IMG/VR virus record: IMGVR_UViG_3300048583_000114
Location: 1-58,070 of that record
Direction: 5' to 3' (one strand)
Length of the DNA: 58,070 nt
Source of the DNA: a virus
Taxonomy: Duplodnaviria > Caudoviricetes
In this document: in pieces, positions 27,071 to 36,335 of the stretch
Layout: the number at the start of each line of letters is the position of its first letter
Numbering within the stretch: the stretch's first letter is position 1
Notes under the pieces: generated by a model
What the model was told of the DNA's origin: nothing
Database searches by the model: none
What the model saw: the letters and a program-made list of their open reading frames with translations, nothing else
Position numbers and translations under genes: made by a program

Positions 27071-27369
27071 TCACCATCACCGAAGTGATCGAGCAGTGCG
27101 CGAAGATGGTCGAACCAACCGATGCACACCGAAACAACCCATACGACTACATCAGCGGCAGAGAGGCAGTGGAGGTGCTAGAGCTTCTTGCTAACAACAT
27201 CCGCGCCCTCGCCGCGCAGTATGAAGGCTGCATCGTGGCGGATGGTGAGCCGGTAGCCGAAGTCAAGCGGTATCAACAATGGGCGTGCGACGTTGTATTG
27301 GTTGATGCCGGCACGCACGAAGAACTCGCCGGCAAACTTCTTTACCTCGCCAAGGAGCCAAAGCCATGA
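27067..27369 (+). CDS. Hypothetical protein
   Basis: AAGGAG RBS, GTG start overlapping the upstream stop. Confidence 0.55.
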   Translation: MITITEVIEQCAKMVEPTDAHRNNPYDYISGREAVEVLELLANNIRALAAQYEGCIVADGEPVAEVKRYQQWACDVVLVDAGTHEELAGKLLYLAKEPKP

Positions 27370-27902
27370 CCGAGAAGAACCATTGCCTATCCGGTGACGT
27401 GTGCAATACGCCCATCGCTTGCATCGAGAAGGGTTGCCACATCGTGCGCGAAGCAAAGAAAGAAATGACCGAGCCGATCAAGCTGCCGCCTTTTAGTCCG
27501 AATCTGCGGGTAAGCGAAAGACAGCGCGAGTTTGCGCAAGACTACGCCCGCCTCGCCGTCGAGCAGGCAACGGCGGAGTTGCGGGCGGAGTTGGCGGCTG
27601 TGACAGAACGGGCTGAGAATTTGGACCGTGCGAAAGAGTTTATGCGCTGTGCCCTGTCAGTAAGAACTGACGAGCGCGACGAAGCCCGTGCCGAACTGGC
27701 GCGGCTGACGACTTTGCGGCCGATTAAGACTGCGCCGACAGACGGCACGGAAATCATGCTCTACAACGGCAAGCGCCGGGCTACCGGCTTCTACGGTAAG
27801 CCAGAAGGTTGGGCCAACCCGAAGATGTTTATCTGGCCCTACATCAAAGTGAACCCGACCCACTGGACCCCGCTCCCGCCCGTGAAGGAGGCAGACAAGT
27901 GA
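27366..27902 (+). CDS. Coiled-coil protein with DUF551-like C-terminus
   Basis: PIKTAPTDGT...PTHWTPLP. Confidence 0.65.
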   Translation: MTEKNHCLSGDVCNTPIACIEKGCHIVREAKKEMTEPIKLPPFSPNLRVSERQREFAQDYARLAVEQATAELRAELAAVTERAENLDRAKEFMRCALSVRTDERDEARAELARLTTLRPIKTAPTDGTEIMLYNGKRRATGFYGKPEGWANPKMFIWPYIKVNPTHWTPLPPVKEADK

Positions 27903-28093
27903 GCAACAGATATATGACCAACCTCGGCCGCAAATGGGTCGGGTACAAGTTTCCTCGCCCGTGGAAATACTGGCACATACGATGGGCGTCCAAGCGCGGC
28001 GGTGCGCGGTGGGCATACAACTTTCCGCAGTCTTGCCCTGAATGGGCTTGCCAGCATTGCCGACCTGTGGCCGGAAAGAGGGCAGACAAATGA
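27899..28093 (+). CDS. Hypothetical Trp/basic protein
   Basis: GGAGG RBS, GTG start, CQHC. Confidence 0.45.
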   Translation: MSNRYMTNLGRKWVGYKFPRPWKYWHIRWASKRGGARWAYNFPQSCPEWACQHCRPVAGKRADK

Positions 28094-28342
28094 GCGACAT
28101 CGAAGTGATCTGCGCAACTATCGTGCTTGTAGTCGGAATTCTTGCTGCTGCGTGGATGAACCGATGATGCGGCGCTATAGATTGCATGCGGCGCTTCACC
28201 GAAATAACCAGCGGACGCGAGCAAATCCGTACTCGTTAAAACGTGTATGGGGCAGCGGCATGCGCGTTGCTTGCGGATGGGCGTGCGCTGCGTGTCTGCC
28301 GATGCGGATCAGAACGAGGGCGAAGATGATGAGGAAACTACG

Positions 28343-28681
28343 ATGAGCGCCGGCGAATGGGCTTTTGCTAGCTTCTTTCTAATATGGGCAGGTTGGCTAG
28401 TTGTTGCGGTTGCGTTATGCCGCCGATCAGGGAGGCCGCCAGTGCGCTATCCGCGGCCTCTTAGGGCCGAGTGCGAACCGCAGCACGCCAACGAAGACGG
28501 CTGGACGGATTGGATAACGCCTGTTACGTCCGGCTACCTGATGCAGTGCTGCGACTGCAAGCTGATCCACGAAGTCGAGTTCCGGGTAGCGCATCGGGTT
28601 AACGGCGGTGCTGACGAATACACCGTCGAGGACGCAGACTTCCGCGCGCAGTTCAGGATGCGCAGAAAGGCAACGCCATGA
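28343..28681 (+). CDS. Membrane-anchored protein with CCDC motif
   Basis: N-terminal TM helix; DGWTDWITP...YLMQCCDCKLIH. Confidence 0.6.
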   Translation: MSAGEWAFASFFLIWAGWLVVAVALCRRSGRPPVRYPRPLRAECEPQHANEDGWTDWITPVTSGYLMQCCDCKLIHEVEFRVAHRVNGGADEYTVEDADFRAQFRMRRKATP

Positions 28682-28923
28682 CCCCACGCGGACGCAAAGC
28701 CGTCGCCCGCACGCTGCGAGAGTGGGCTGCCGCGCATGAGCTAGGAAAAGCACCCCGCATTGATCTATCCAAGATGCCGCTCTACTTGGCGGCGCGGGCG
28801 CATTCGCACTCGTTTACGGTGCACGTCAGCGAACGCCGCATCGTAGAATCGCTTACAGGCAAAGAACTCGCCACCGGCCTGCTGCTGGCTGCGGCGGTGA
28901 TTGAGGCGGGGGATTCGGCGTGA
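28678..28923 (+). CDS. Hypothetical protein
   Basis: ATGA overlap, 81 aa. Confidence 0.5.
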   Translation: MTPRGRKAVARTLREWAAAHELGKAPRIDLSKMPLYLAARAHSHSFTVHVSERRIVESLTGKELATGLLLAAAVIEAGDSA

Positions 28924-29062
28924 CCCCCAAGCGCTGCATCCAGTGTCGCTCCCGTCTGGCTGTGGCTACACTGTACCGCGGAGGCAAGCGTCAGCCCCGG
29001 TGTGCGGAGTGCATCGCCGCGCGCAAGCGTGCGGAGGCGCGCAACAAGAAGGAGGGTAAGTG

Positions 29063-29218
29063 ATGGATGCGTATGAGCGTCTGGTATTCCCGAAGTACGT
29101 AGGGTCGTACCGCGTTGGTGGTAACACCGGTGTGCTGCTTATGTTGGTGCGCAAGCCCTGCTGGTTCCGCCGCACTATGGTTCGGCTGGTGCTGGGCTGG
29201 GAGTGGGTAGACGGATGA
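29063..29218 (+). CDS. Small hypothetical protein (51 aa)
   Basis: GGAGG RBS; ...KPCWFRRTMVRLVLGWEWVD; ATGA overlap with VRR-NUC. Confidence 0.5.
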   Translation: MDAYERLVFPKYVGSYRVGGNTGVLLMLVRKPCWFRRTMVRLVLGWEWVDG

Positions 29219-29526
29219 CCCCCATCCGCAACGAGCGGGGAGTCAAAGCCCGGGTCAAGACGATACTTAATTCTTACGGGCCGAGAGTCTGGTACTACAT
29301 GCCAGTGCCCGGTGGCTATGGCCGATCAGGTGTGCCAGACTTCGTTGGTTGCGCAAACAAGCGGTTCTTCAGCATCGAGACCAAGTTCGGCGGCAACCAG
29401 CCGACCCTGCACCAGTCGCAGGAACTCGCCGCCATAAAGGTTGCCGGGGGCTTGGCGTTTGTCATCGACGAGACGAACGTGGAAGGGCTGTCCATCGCCA
29501 TGGACCTGATCCTGCGAGAAACCTAG
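29215..29526 (+). CDS. VRR-NUC domain nuclease (Holliday-junction-resolvase-like)
   Basis: E..VK, GVPDF, IETK, PT..Q, AGGLAFVI. Confidence 0.88.
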   Translation: MTPIRNERGVKARVKTILNSYGPRVWYYMPVPGGYGRSGVPDFVGCANKRFFSIETKFGGNQPTLHQSQELAAIKVAGGLAFVIDETNVEGLSIAMDLILRET

Positions 29527-29534
29527 GAGACATC

Positions 29535-29753
29535 ATGGAGTACGACGAGTCGACGCCGGAACCTGTACCGGCGCCGTTCACCGAAGCAGAGGTCGCAATC
29601 CTGACCCGCATGACCGAGTATCTGGAAGCGGACGCCAACCGCCGAGAAGCGCTGCGGCTGGAGTGGCGAGCCCGCCGGGCGATGCCGGAGACTGCCACCG
29701 AGCGACGCAAGGCTACGCGGGACGCGGACTTGGCACGGCTGCGGGAGCAGTGA
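29535..29753 (+). CDS. Hypothetical protein
   Basis: AGGAG RBS, 72 aa. Confidence 0.55.
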   Translation: MEYDESTPEPVPAPFTEAEVAILTRMTEYLEADANRREALRLEWRARRAMPETATERRKATRDADLARLREQ

Positions 29754-31297
29754 TGCAACTGGTCGGTGACAAGCTGGTGTTCCCGGTGGTGGACACCTCG
29801 AACCTGCTGCAGGCGATACCGCATGCACGCTCACTGATGCACAACGGGCAGCTGCTCGCTGCCGTGCCGCATGGGCTCGACGAGACGCTGGTGCTGCGCA
29901 ACCTAGGCTACGAGCCGCCAGCCCCGCTGGAGCGCACCTACACATGGCCGGGCCGGTATACGCCCATGCCGCACCAGATCGCTACCGCATCGTTCCTGTC
30001 GCTGCGCAGGCGGGCCATGGTGCTGTCCTCGATGGGCACGGGCAAGACCATCAGCTCGCTGTGGGCAGCGGACTACCTGCTGCGCAGCAAGCACGCCACG
30101 CGGGTGCTGGTGGTAGCCAAGCTGTCGACCGTTCGCCCGGTGTGGGCACGGGAGATGGCGGCGTCGTTCCCCTACCGCACGCTGCATGTGCTGGTCGGTG
30201 ACAAGGCGAAGCAACACCGGGTGCTGGGGAATGTGCAGGACGGCGACTGGGCGGTCATCAACCACGACGGGTTCACCGGGCTCACGCAGCACCTGCGCAA
30301 GTTCGACCTGATCATCTACGATGAGGCGACCGCGGTGAAGACTACCGGGTCGATCCGGTTCCGCCGACTGTTCCGGTTTGTCGAGGAGAACAAGCCGTGG
30401 CTGTGGCTGCTCACCGGCACGCCGATCACGCAGACTCCGATGGATGCGTGGGCCTATGGCCGACTACTGGCCAGCCCCGCGCTGCCCCGGTCGAAGGCGA
30501 CCTTTGAAGACCTTGTCATGAACAAGGTGTCGAAGTTCAAGTCCGTCCCCCGGCCCAACGCCATCGCCGAATGCCAGAAGGTGCTCCAGCCGTCGATCCG
30601 GTTCTCGCTCGACGAGTGCGTGGCGCTGCCACCGCAGGTCATGGTGTACCGCGAATCCACTTTGTCCAAGACGCAGGCGGCGGTGTTCGCGGAGATGAAG
30701 GCCACGGCTGCCATCGCAGCGCACCAGATCACGGCGGCCAATGCGGCGGTCGTGGTGACCAAGCTGCTGCAGGTGTGCTGTGGCTGCGTCTACACCTCCG
30801 GCGGGGTCGTGCGCACGGCGGTCATCGACGCCGAGCAGAGGCTCACGACGCTGATGGATGTGCTGGACGAGGCGGGGGGCAAGGTTGTAGTGTTCGTACC
30901 CTTCCGCGCGGTTCTCGACTGGCTGGAAACTGCATTGACACAACGCGGCTATAGCGTAGCATCTGTCCATGGCGATGTGCCCGAGACGGAGCGCAGCAGG
31001 CGGTTCCATGCGTTCCAGCACGACGAGCATCCGCACTTCCTTCTCGCGCACCCGACAGTCGCCTCCCACGGGCACACACTGACGCGGGCGCAGACCGCGG
31101 TGTGGTACGTCCCGACGCATAGCCTAGAGACATACGAACAAGCCAACGCGCGCATCCAGCGCATTGGCACCACAGCAAGAACGCAGGTGGTGCACCTGCT
31201 GGCTACCTCGTTCGAGCGCGGCTTGTACACCCGGCTGCAGAACAAGCAGTCTGTCCTTAACGATTTTCTTGACCTAGTGAAGGGGGTAAACGAATGA
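29753..31297 (+). CDS. SNF2-family (SF2) helicase
   Basis: MGTGKT, YDEA, LTGTP, QANARIQRIG. Confidence 0.92.
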   Translation: MQLVGDKLVFPVVDTSNLLQAIPHARSLMHNGQLLAAVPHGLDETLVLRNLGYEPPAPLERTYTWPGRYTPMPHQIATASFLSLRRRAMVLSSMGTGKTISSLWAADYLLRSKHATRVLVVAKLSTVRPVWAREMAASFPYRTLHVLVGDKAKQHRVLGNVQDGDWAVINHDGFTGLTQHLRKFDLIIYDEATAVKTTGSIRFRRLFRFVEENKPWLWLLTGTPITQTPMDAWAYGRLLASPALPRSKATFEDLVMNKVSKFKSVPRPNAIAECQKVLQPSIRFSLDECVALPPQVMVYRESTLSKTQAAVFAEMKATAAIAAHQITAANAAVVVTKLLQVCCGCVYTSGGVVRTAVIDAEQRLTTLMDVLDEAGGKVVVFVPFRAVLDWLETALTQRGYSVASVHGDVPETERSRRFHAFQHDEHPHFLLAHPTVASHGHTLTRAQTAVWYVPTHSLETYEQANARIQRIGTTARTQVVHLLATSFERGLYTRLQNKQSVLNDFLDLVKGVNE

Positions 31298-31701
31298 CGG
31301 GCGCAGTCACGCTGGACGCAGCCGTCACGAAGTTTCTGGACATCCGCAAGCAGATCGACGCGATCGAGCGGGAGACCAAGGCCAAGGTGGCGCCGATGAA
31401 GGAATCGCTCGCCATGCTGGAGGCGTGGATCACGCGGGAAGCCGATGCACAGGGACTGAAGACGGTAGCGACCAAGGCCGGCACCGGCTACTGGTCGACG
31501 CATGCCACGGTGTCCATCGCCGATGGCAATCTGTTCTGGGAATATGTCCGCAACAACGACGCATGGGAGCTGGTCGAGAAGCGGGCATCGAAGACGGGTG
31601 TGGAGGCTCACATCCAAGGCACGGGCGAGGCGCCCCCCGGGTTGAACATCAACCGCCGGCGCGTATTCAATGTACGGTCTACTCAGGGAGAGCAAGAATG
31701 A
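31294..31701 (+). CDS. Conserved phage replication-module protein
   Basis: Coiled-coil N-terminus, TKAGT, LVEKRASK, PPGL; typical neighbour of SNF2/PolA. Confidence 0.7.
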   Translation: MTGAVTLDAAVTKFLDIRKQIDAIERETKAKVAPMKESLAMLEAWITREADAQGLKTVATKAGTGYWSTHATVSIADGNLFWEYVRNNDAWELVEKRASKTGVEAHIQGTGEAPPGLNINRRRVFNVRSTQGEQE

Positions 31702-32813
31702 CCACCGATGTAACCCTGCAAGTCCCCGCACACATCGCCGCGCGGGTCGCTGCGCGCAACGCGAACGGGCGGACCAAGTCGGAAGTCGCGGCACAGATCG
31801 ACGCCAGCAACCCGACGCCGAAGATCAGCATCCGCGCCTCGCGCTTCCGCATCGTGACCAACGGCGAGGAGACCATGATCGGCTCCGAGATGCTGGGCGT
31901 GATCGTGGGTGGCAACCCCGCTACCAGCCGCGCGTACTACGCGGAGAAGTACGTGTCGGGCGACTCCGGCCCGCCGACCTGCAGCTCGGTCAACGGCAAG
32001 ACCCCGGACGCCAACATCGCAGCGCCGGTGTCGCAGCAGTGCGCTGCCTGCCCGAATCAGGTCCGCGGGTCGAAGATTCTCCCCTCCGGCGCGCAGGGCA
32101 CGCTGTGCTCCCCGTACAAGCTGCTGGCGGTCGTGCCGCTGGTGCAGGGGGTGGGTCTGGCGCCCTACCAGCTGTCGGTGCCGGTGACCGGCCTGTCGGC
32201 GCTGCGTGAGTACGTGAACAAGTTGGCCAACTACGGGCTGTCGCCGGAGGAGGTCATCACCAAGTTCACGTTCGACGACGAGGCGTCCTTCCCGCTGCTG
32301 CAGTTCGACCAGCACGGGTTCGTGCCGGAGACCGCGCTCGGCCAGATCGACGCGATCGTGTCGAGCCCCGAGGTGAAGGAGGTCACGTGGGTCAACCCGC
32401 CGGCCCTGCCGCAGGTGGCCGCCCCCGCAGCGGTGGCGCAGATCGCAGCGCCGGTTGCTGCAACCATCCCGGCCCCGGTGGCACCCGCAGCAGCCCCGGC
32501 TGCGCTCGCGCAGTTGTTCCCGGCAGCAGCCCCCGCACCGGCCCCGGTGGCAGCCCCCGCGCCGGTCGTCGCGTCCCCGGAGGCGTTGTTCGCCGCAGCA
32601 GCGCCCGCAGCGCAGGTGCAGGCAGCAGTCGAGGCAGTCGCCGCCCAGCCCCTCCCCGCCCCGGTTCTCGGTGCATCCCCGCCGCCGCGTCCCCGGCGCG
32701 CTCGGGTCACCGTCGACCAGCCCGCAGAAGCGCCCGCAGCGCAGGTGCAGGCAACCGCAGAGCCGGCCGCACCGGATCAGCTGGAGGCGAAGATCGCCGC
32801 ATTGTTCGCCTGA
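31698..32813 (+). CDS. Putative ssDNA-binding or annealing protein with Ala/Pro-rich tail
   Basis: PKISI..SRFR, PTCSS.NG..PD, CAACP...GS, VITKFTFD; position between helicase and primase. Confidence 0.55.
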   Translation: MTTDVTLQVPAHIAARVAARNANGRTKSEVAAQIDASNPTPKISIRASRFRIVTNGEETMIGSEMLGVIVGGNPATSRAYYAEKYVSGDSGPPTCSSVNGKTPDANIAAPVSQQCAACPNQVRGSKILPSGAQGTLCSPYKLLAVVPLVQGVGLAPYQLSVPVTGLSALREYVNKLANYGLSPEEVITKFTFDDEASFPLLQFDQHGFVPETALGQIDAIVSSPEVKEVTWVNPPALPQVAAPAAVAQIAAPVAATIPAPVAPAAAPAALAQLFPAAAPAPAPVAAPAPVVASPEALFAAAAPAAQVQAAVEAVAAQPLPAPVLGASPPPRPRRARVTVDQPAEAPAAQVQATAEPAAPDQLEAKIAALFA

Positions 32814-32836
32814 CGCGGTAGCATCGGCTTGATCCC

Positions 32837-32865
32837 CCGGGGGCCGCTGGCCCCCGGTTCTTTCT
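32837..32865 (+). terminator. Rho-independent terminator
   Basis: CCGGGGGCC-GCT-GGCCCCCGG followed by TTCTTTCT. Confidence 0.75.
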
Positions 32866-32877
32866 GCGGAGGCGCGT

Positions 32878-35778
32878 ATGGGAATGGATTTGCGCGGGTT
32901 CTTCGGGCGGACGCTGCCGCCGGAAGGGCGATACGTGTTGCTCGTGATCCGGTCGAGTGGGGCACGATTCAACATCCAGACAGAATCACTCGATGAACTG
33001 GTCGACATGGTCGACACGATGGACCGTCGAGCGGACACGACGGTGTACCACGCGGTAGGTGCATTCGCCGACAGCATCATCACCGGCGAGAAGGTCCGCA
33101 GGCTGCAGGAGGATGCGCGAGCGTTCCGCACGCTGGCGATGGATGTGGACGTGGGGGCAGGCAAGCCCTACCAGACGCAGCAGGAAGCCGCCCTCGCCGT
33201 GCTCAGGGCCGCAGCGGACAGCGGGATGCCGGAGCCGATGCTGGTGTCTTCCGGCTACGGGGTGCACGTCTACTGGCCCATGTCCGCGGATGTCGACCCG
33301 GCGCAGTGGGTGCAGATGTCGACCCAGCTGCTGGCGCTGATGCGTCACACCGGCGTGCAGGTCGATGCGAGCAAGGTGCGTGACCCGTCGATGGTGCTGC
33401 GCCCGCCGGGCAGCAACAACAAGAAGCGCGACCCGTGGGTGCCGGTGCGCGTCGTGCAGGAGGGGTCGATCACTGCCCCGGCCGACCTGCAGATGGTGCT
33501 GGCCAATGCGCCAGCGGAAGTCGTGGCAACCCTCACCGCCCCCGCCGCCAAGGTGGCAGCGCCCCTGTCCAGCATTGCCAGTGCGATCGTAGGCGACGCA
33601 CCGGAGTACCCGCCGCTGGCCCCCGCCGACATGGAGCCTCAGTGCGCGCAGCTGGCTGAAGCCGCTGCGACCGGGTTCGCCGGCAACTACAAGGCGTGGA
33701 TCACCGCGCTGACGGTGGCGAAGTTCTGCGAAGACCCGCTCGACGCAGCCCATCGGTGGTCCGAGCATGCCCCCGACTACGACGCAGCCGAGACCGAGCG
33801 CGTGCTGTCGACACTGCATGCCACCGGCCCGTCGCTGTGCCAGACCTTCGCCCTGCACAACCCGTCGGGGTGCGCAGCCTGCCCGCACAACGGCAAGATT
33901 CGCAGCGTGGCTGCGTTGTCCGGTGCGTCTCTACCAACAACTGTGCCGGTGCCGCCTGCGGCGCTGGTTGCGCAACCAGCCGCTACCCTGACCCTGCCAC
34001 CCGGCTACGTCACCGCCAACCGGGCGATCTATCGCGTCATCGACGGCGTGCGCGATCTGGTCATCGAGTACCCGCTGATCGTCATCTCGCACACGACCGA
34101 GGTCAGTCAGACGACGGAGGCCCGTTGCGCAGAGATCATGGCGGACATACCGTCGGAGGGATGGCGGACATTCCTGATCCCCATGAAGGCCCTGTACGGG
34201 CGCGACACGGAGCTGGCCGAGGCGCTGGCGAGTCGTGGCGTGTACCTACCCAAGGGAAGGACCGCACGTGTTGGAGCGTACATCGTGGACTACCTGAAGC
34301 AACTGCAGCAGGCAGCAGCCGCAGCCGAGGTGTACCGGCAGATGGGCTGGTCGGCGCGGGAGGATGTGTTCGTGGCAGGGTCGACTGCCTATACTGCGAC
34401 GGGCAGCGCGCCGTGTCGCGTCGGAGACCGGGTCCGCAGCATTTCCGGGTCGTTCCGCACCGAGGGGCAACTCGCCAACTGGAGCGCGGCGGCCAACGTG
34501 TACAACTCGCCTGAGCTTCGCATGCACGCCTTTTGTCTGCTGGCGATGATGGGCGCCCCGCTGATGCGCGGCTCGGGACTGGATGCCGCGGTGCTGTACA
34601 TGTACAGCCCGCAGTCAGGCACCGGCAAGTCGACCACCGGCCTGCTCGGGCTGTCAGCCTTCGGGGAACCCGGCCGGATGAAGATGCAGGCGGCCGATAC
34701 CCACAACGCGATGATGATGCGCTTCTCGCTGCACGGCTCGACACCGGCCTACATCGACGAAGTGACCACGATGGACGACGAGCAGATGCGCATGCTGCTC
34801 CTTCAGGTCACCCACGGGCAGCAGCGCGCCCGGCTGCACTCGGATGCGTCGTTGCATGACGCAGTGCAGTGGAACACGATCGTGGCGGCTAGCGGCAACC
34901 GGGACATCCACGCCGGGCTGGCAGCAGCAGCGAACAACGAGGGAGCGCAGATGCGGGTGCTGCAGGTAACCCTGCCCCCGACGGCGACGTTCTCGCGGAC
35001 CAACGCGGGCGCGCGGATCAGCGCCCTGATCGACTCGAACTACGGCCACGCCGGCCCGATGCTGGCGCAGGAGATCATCCGCATGGGTGGGCCGGGCAAG
35101 CTGTTCCGCGCGGCCGAGGAGTCGATGGATGCGACATACAAGTTCCGGTTCGAGGGGCCGGAGCGGTTCTGGCGGGCCATCGCGGTGTGCGCCTATGCGG
35201 CCGGCACGCTGGCCAACCGGATGGGGCTGGTGCAGCTCGACGTGCCGGCGATCATGAAGGCAGCGGTCGAGAACGTGGACATCCTGCGGTCGTCGGTGCG
35301 CGAGGGTGCGCTCGACGGCATCGACCTTGTCGGCGAGTTCGTCCGGCAGCTGGCGCCGCAGATCGTAGTGATGAAGCACAATCAGGACAGCGGGCTGCAG
35401 ACACCGCAGTACGTGCCGCCAACAGGCGAGGTGGTGGGCAGGCTCGACGCGCTATGCACGAACCGGGTCAGCTTCTCCGGTGGTTCCCTGCACATATCCA
35501 GCAGCGCGCTGCAGCAGTGGGCGCGCAAGCGGGGGACCGATCAGGCGACGATCCTGACGCAACTGATGCGCGACGGGGTGGCAGTTGTGCGGCCGAGCAC
35601 GGCGAGCCCCAACAAGGTCACGCTGACTCGTGGGACGGGTTCCCTCGGGACGGCAGTGAGGTGCTACTCGATCAGCCTGACGCACCCGCGTCTGATGAGC
35701 GCGATCGGGAGCAGTTTCGACAACAAGCAGCCAGCAATCGCACCACTGCAGGTGGTGCCGGCAAACGCTGCACAATAG
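32878..35778 (+). CDS. Primase-helicase (AEP/RepB-like primase, PriCT-like, Zn, DUF927/SF3-like helicase)
   Basis: MDVD, SSGYGVHVYW, VLRPPGS.N, C..F..NP.GC..CP, Walker A SGTGKST, YIDE. Confidence 0.88.
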   Translation: MGMDLRGFFGRTLPPEGRYVLLVIRSSGARFNIQTESLDELVDMVDTMDRRADTTVYHAVGAFADSIITGEKVRRLQEDARAFRTLAMDVDVGAGKPYQTQQEAALAVLRAAADSGMPEPMLVSSGYGVHVYWPMSADVDPAQWVQMSTQLLALMRHTGVQVDASKVRDPSMVLRPPGSNNKKRDPWVPVRVVQEGSITAPADLQMVLANAPAEVVATLTAPAAKVAAPLSSIASAIVGDAPEYPPLAPADMEPQCAQLAEAAATGFAGNYKAWITALTVAKFCEDPLDAAHRWSEHAPDYDAAETERVLSTLHATGPSLCQTFALHNPSGCAACPHNGKIRSVAALSGASLPTTVPVPPAALVAQPAATLTLPPGYVTANRAIYRVIDGVRDLVIEYPLIVISHTTEVSQTTEARCAEIMADIPSEGWRTFLIPMKALYGRDTELAEALASRGVYLPKGRTARVGAYIVDYLKQLQQAAAAAEVYRQMGWSAREDVFVAGSTAYTATGSAPCRVGDRVRSISGSFRTEGQLANWSAAANVYNSPELRMHAFCLLAMMGAPLMRGSGLDAAVLYMYSPQSGTGKSTTGLLGLSAFGEPGRMKMQAADTHNAMMMRFSLHGSTPAYIDEVTTMDDEQMRMLLLQVTHGQQRARLHSDASLHDAVQWNTIVAASGNRDIHAGLAAAANNEGAQMRVLQVTLPPTATFSRTNAGARISALIDSNYGHAGPMLAQEIIRMGGPGKLFRAAEESMDATYKFRFEGPERFWRAIAVCAYAAGTLANRMGLVQLDVPAIMKAAVENVDILRSSVREGALDGIDLVGEFVRQLAPQIVVMKHNQDSGLQTPQYVPPTGEVVGRLDALCTNRVSFSGGSLHISSSALQQWARKRGTDQATILTQLMRDGVAVVRPSTASPNKVTLTRGTGSLGTAVRCYSISLTHPRLMSAIGSSFDNKQPAIAPLQVVPANAAQ

Positions 35779-35788
35779 GAGAACCAAC

Positions 35789-36100
35789 ATGGCAACGAGA
35801 ACACCGCCCGGACGCACCGGGCTCATCAAGCTGGTCGACGAGATCAGCAGGCTGAAGCGGCCGGAGTACGTGGACGAAGATGACTTCTCAGACGCGCCAC
35901 CCGCAGTGAAGCGGGCCAAGACCGCTCGGGATACTGCGCGGGAGATCATCCGGGCATGGAACGAGAAGCGAAGCAAGGCATACGAGGAGCGAGTCGACAA
36001 GCTCCACGCCGAGTCCCGGCGCATCCGGCTGGTGATCGAGACCGGGACGCTGGACGAAGCCCGCAAGGCGATCGAGGCGTTCGAGCGGGCGAAGTTCTGA
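35789..36100 (+). CDS. Hypothetical protein (last plus-strand gene)
   Basis: AGGAG RBS, 103 aa, converges on the HNH gene. Confidence 0.65.
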   Translation: MATRTPPGRTGLIKLVDEISRLKRPEYVDEDDFSDAPPAVKRAKTARDTAREIIRAWNEKRSKAYEERVDKLHAESRRIRLVIETGTLDEARKAIEAFERAKF

Positions 36101-36101
36101 C

Positions 36102-36335
36102 CTAGCGGCGCCCGCGGTTCTCGCTCTTGCTCATCACGCGCAAGTTGCTGCGGGCGTTGCTTCCACCCTTGTCGATCGGATGCTTGTGGTCGACATCCTT
36201 GCCGTCGCCCTTGCGGACGGCACCTTCCTTCTCCATGATCGACCGGGCCGCGTTGCGCTGTGCCCGGTTTTCTTTTTGTTCGGGCTTGCTGTGGTACTCC
36301 CGGTACTCCTTAGCGTAGTCACGTGCCTTGGCCAT
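36102..36335 (-). CDS. HNH endonuclease
   Basis: DVDHKHPIDKGGSN...NLR...NR. Confidence 0.85.
   Translation of the reverse strand: MAKARDYAKEYREYHSKPEQKENRAQRNAARSIMEKEGAVRKGDGKDVDHKHPIDKGGSNARSNLRVMSKSENRGRR

Noticed and set aside
32600-32754. ~25-bp direct repeat in the SSB-like gene tail
   Set aside because: Internal duplication in a low-complexity Ala/Pro linker (APAAQVQA); unremarkable.
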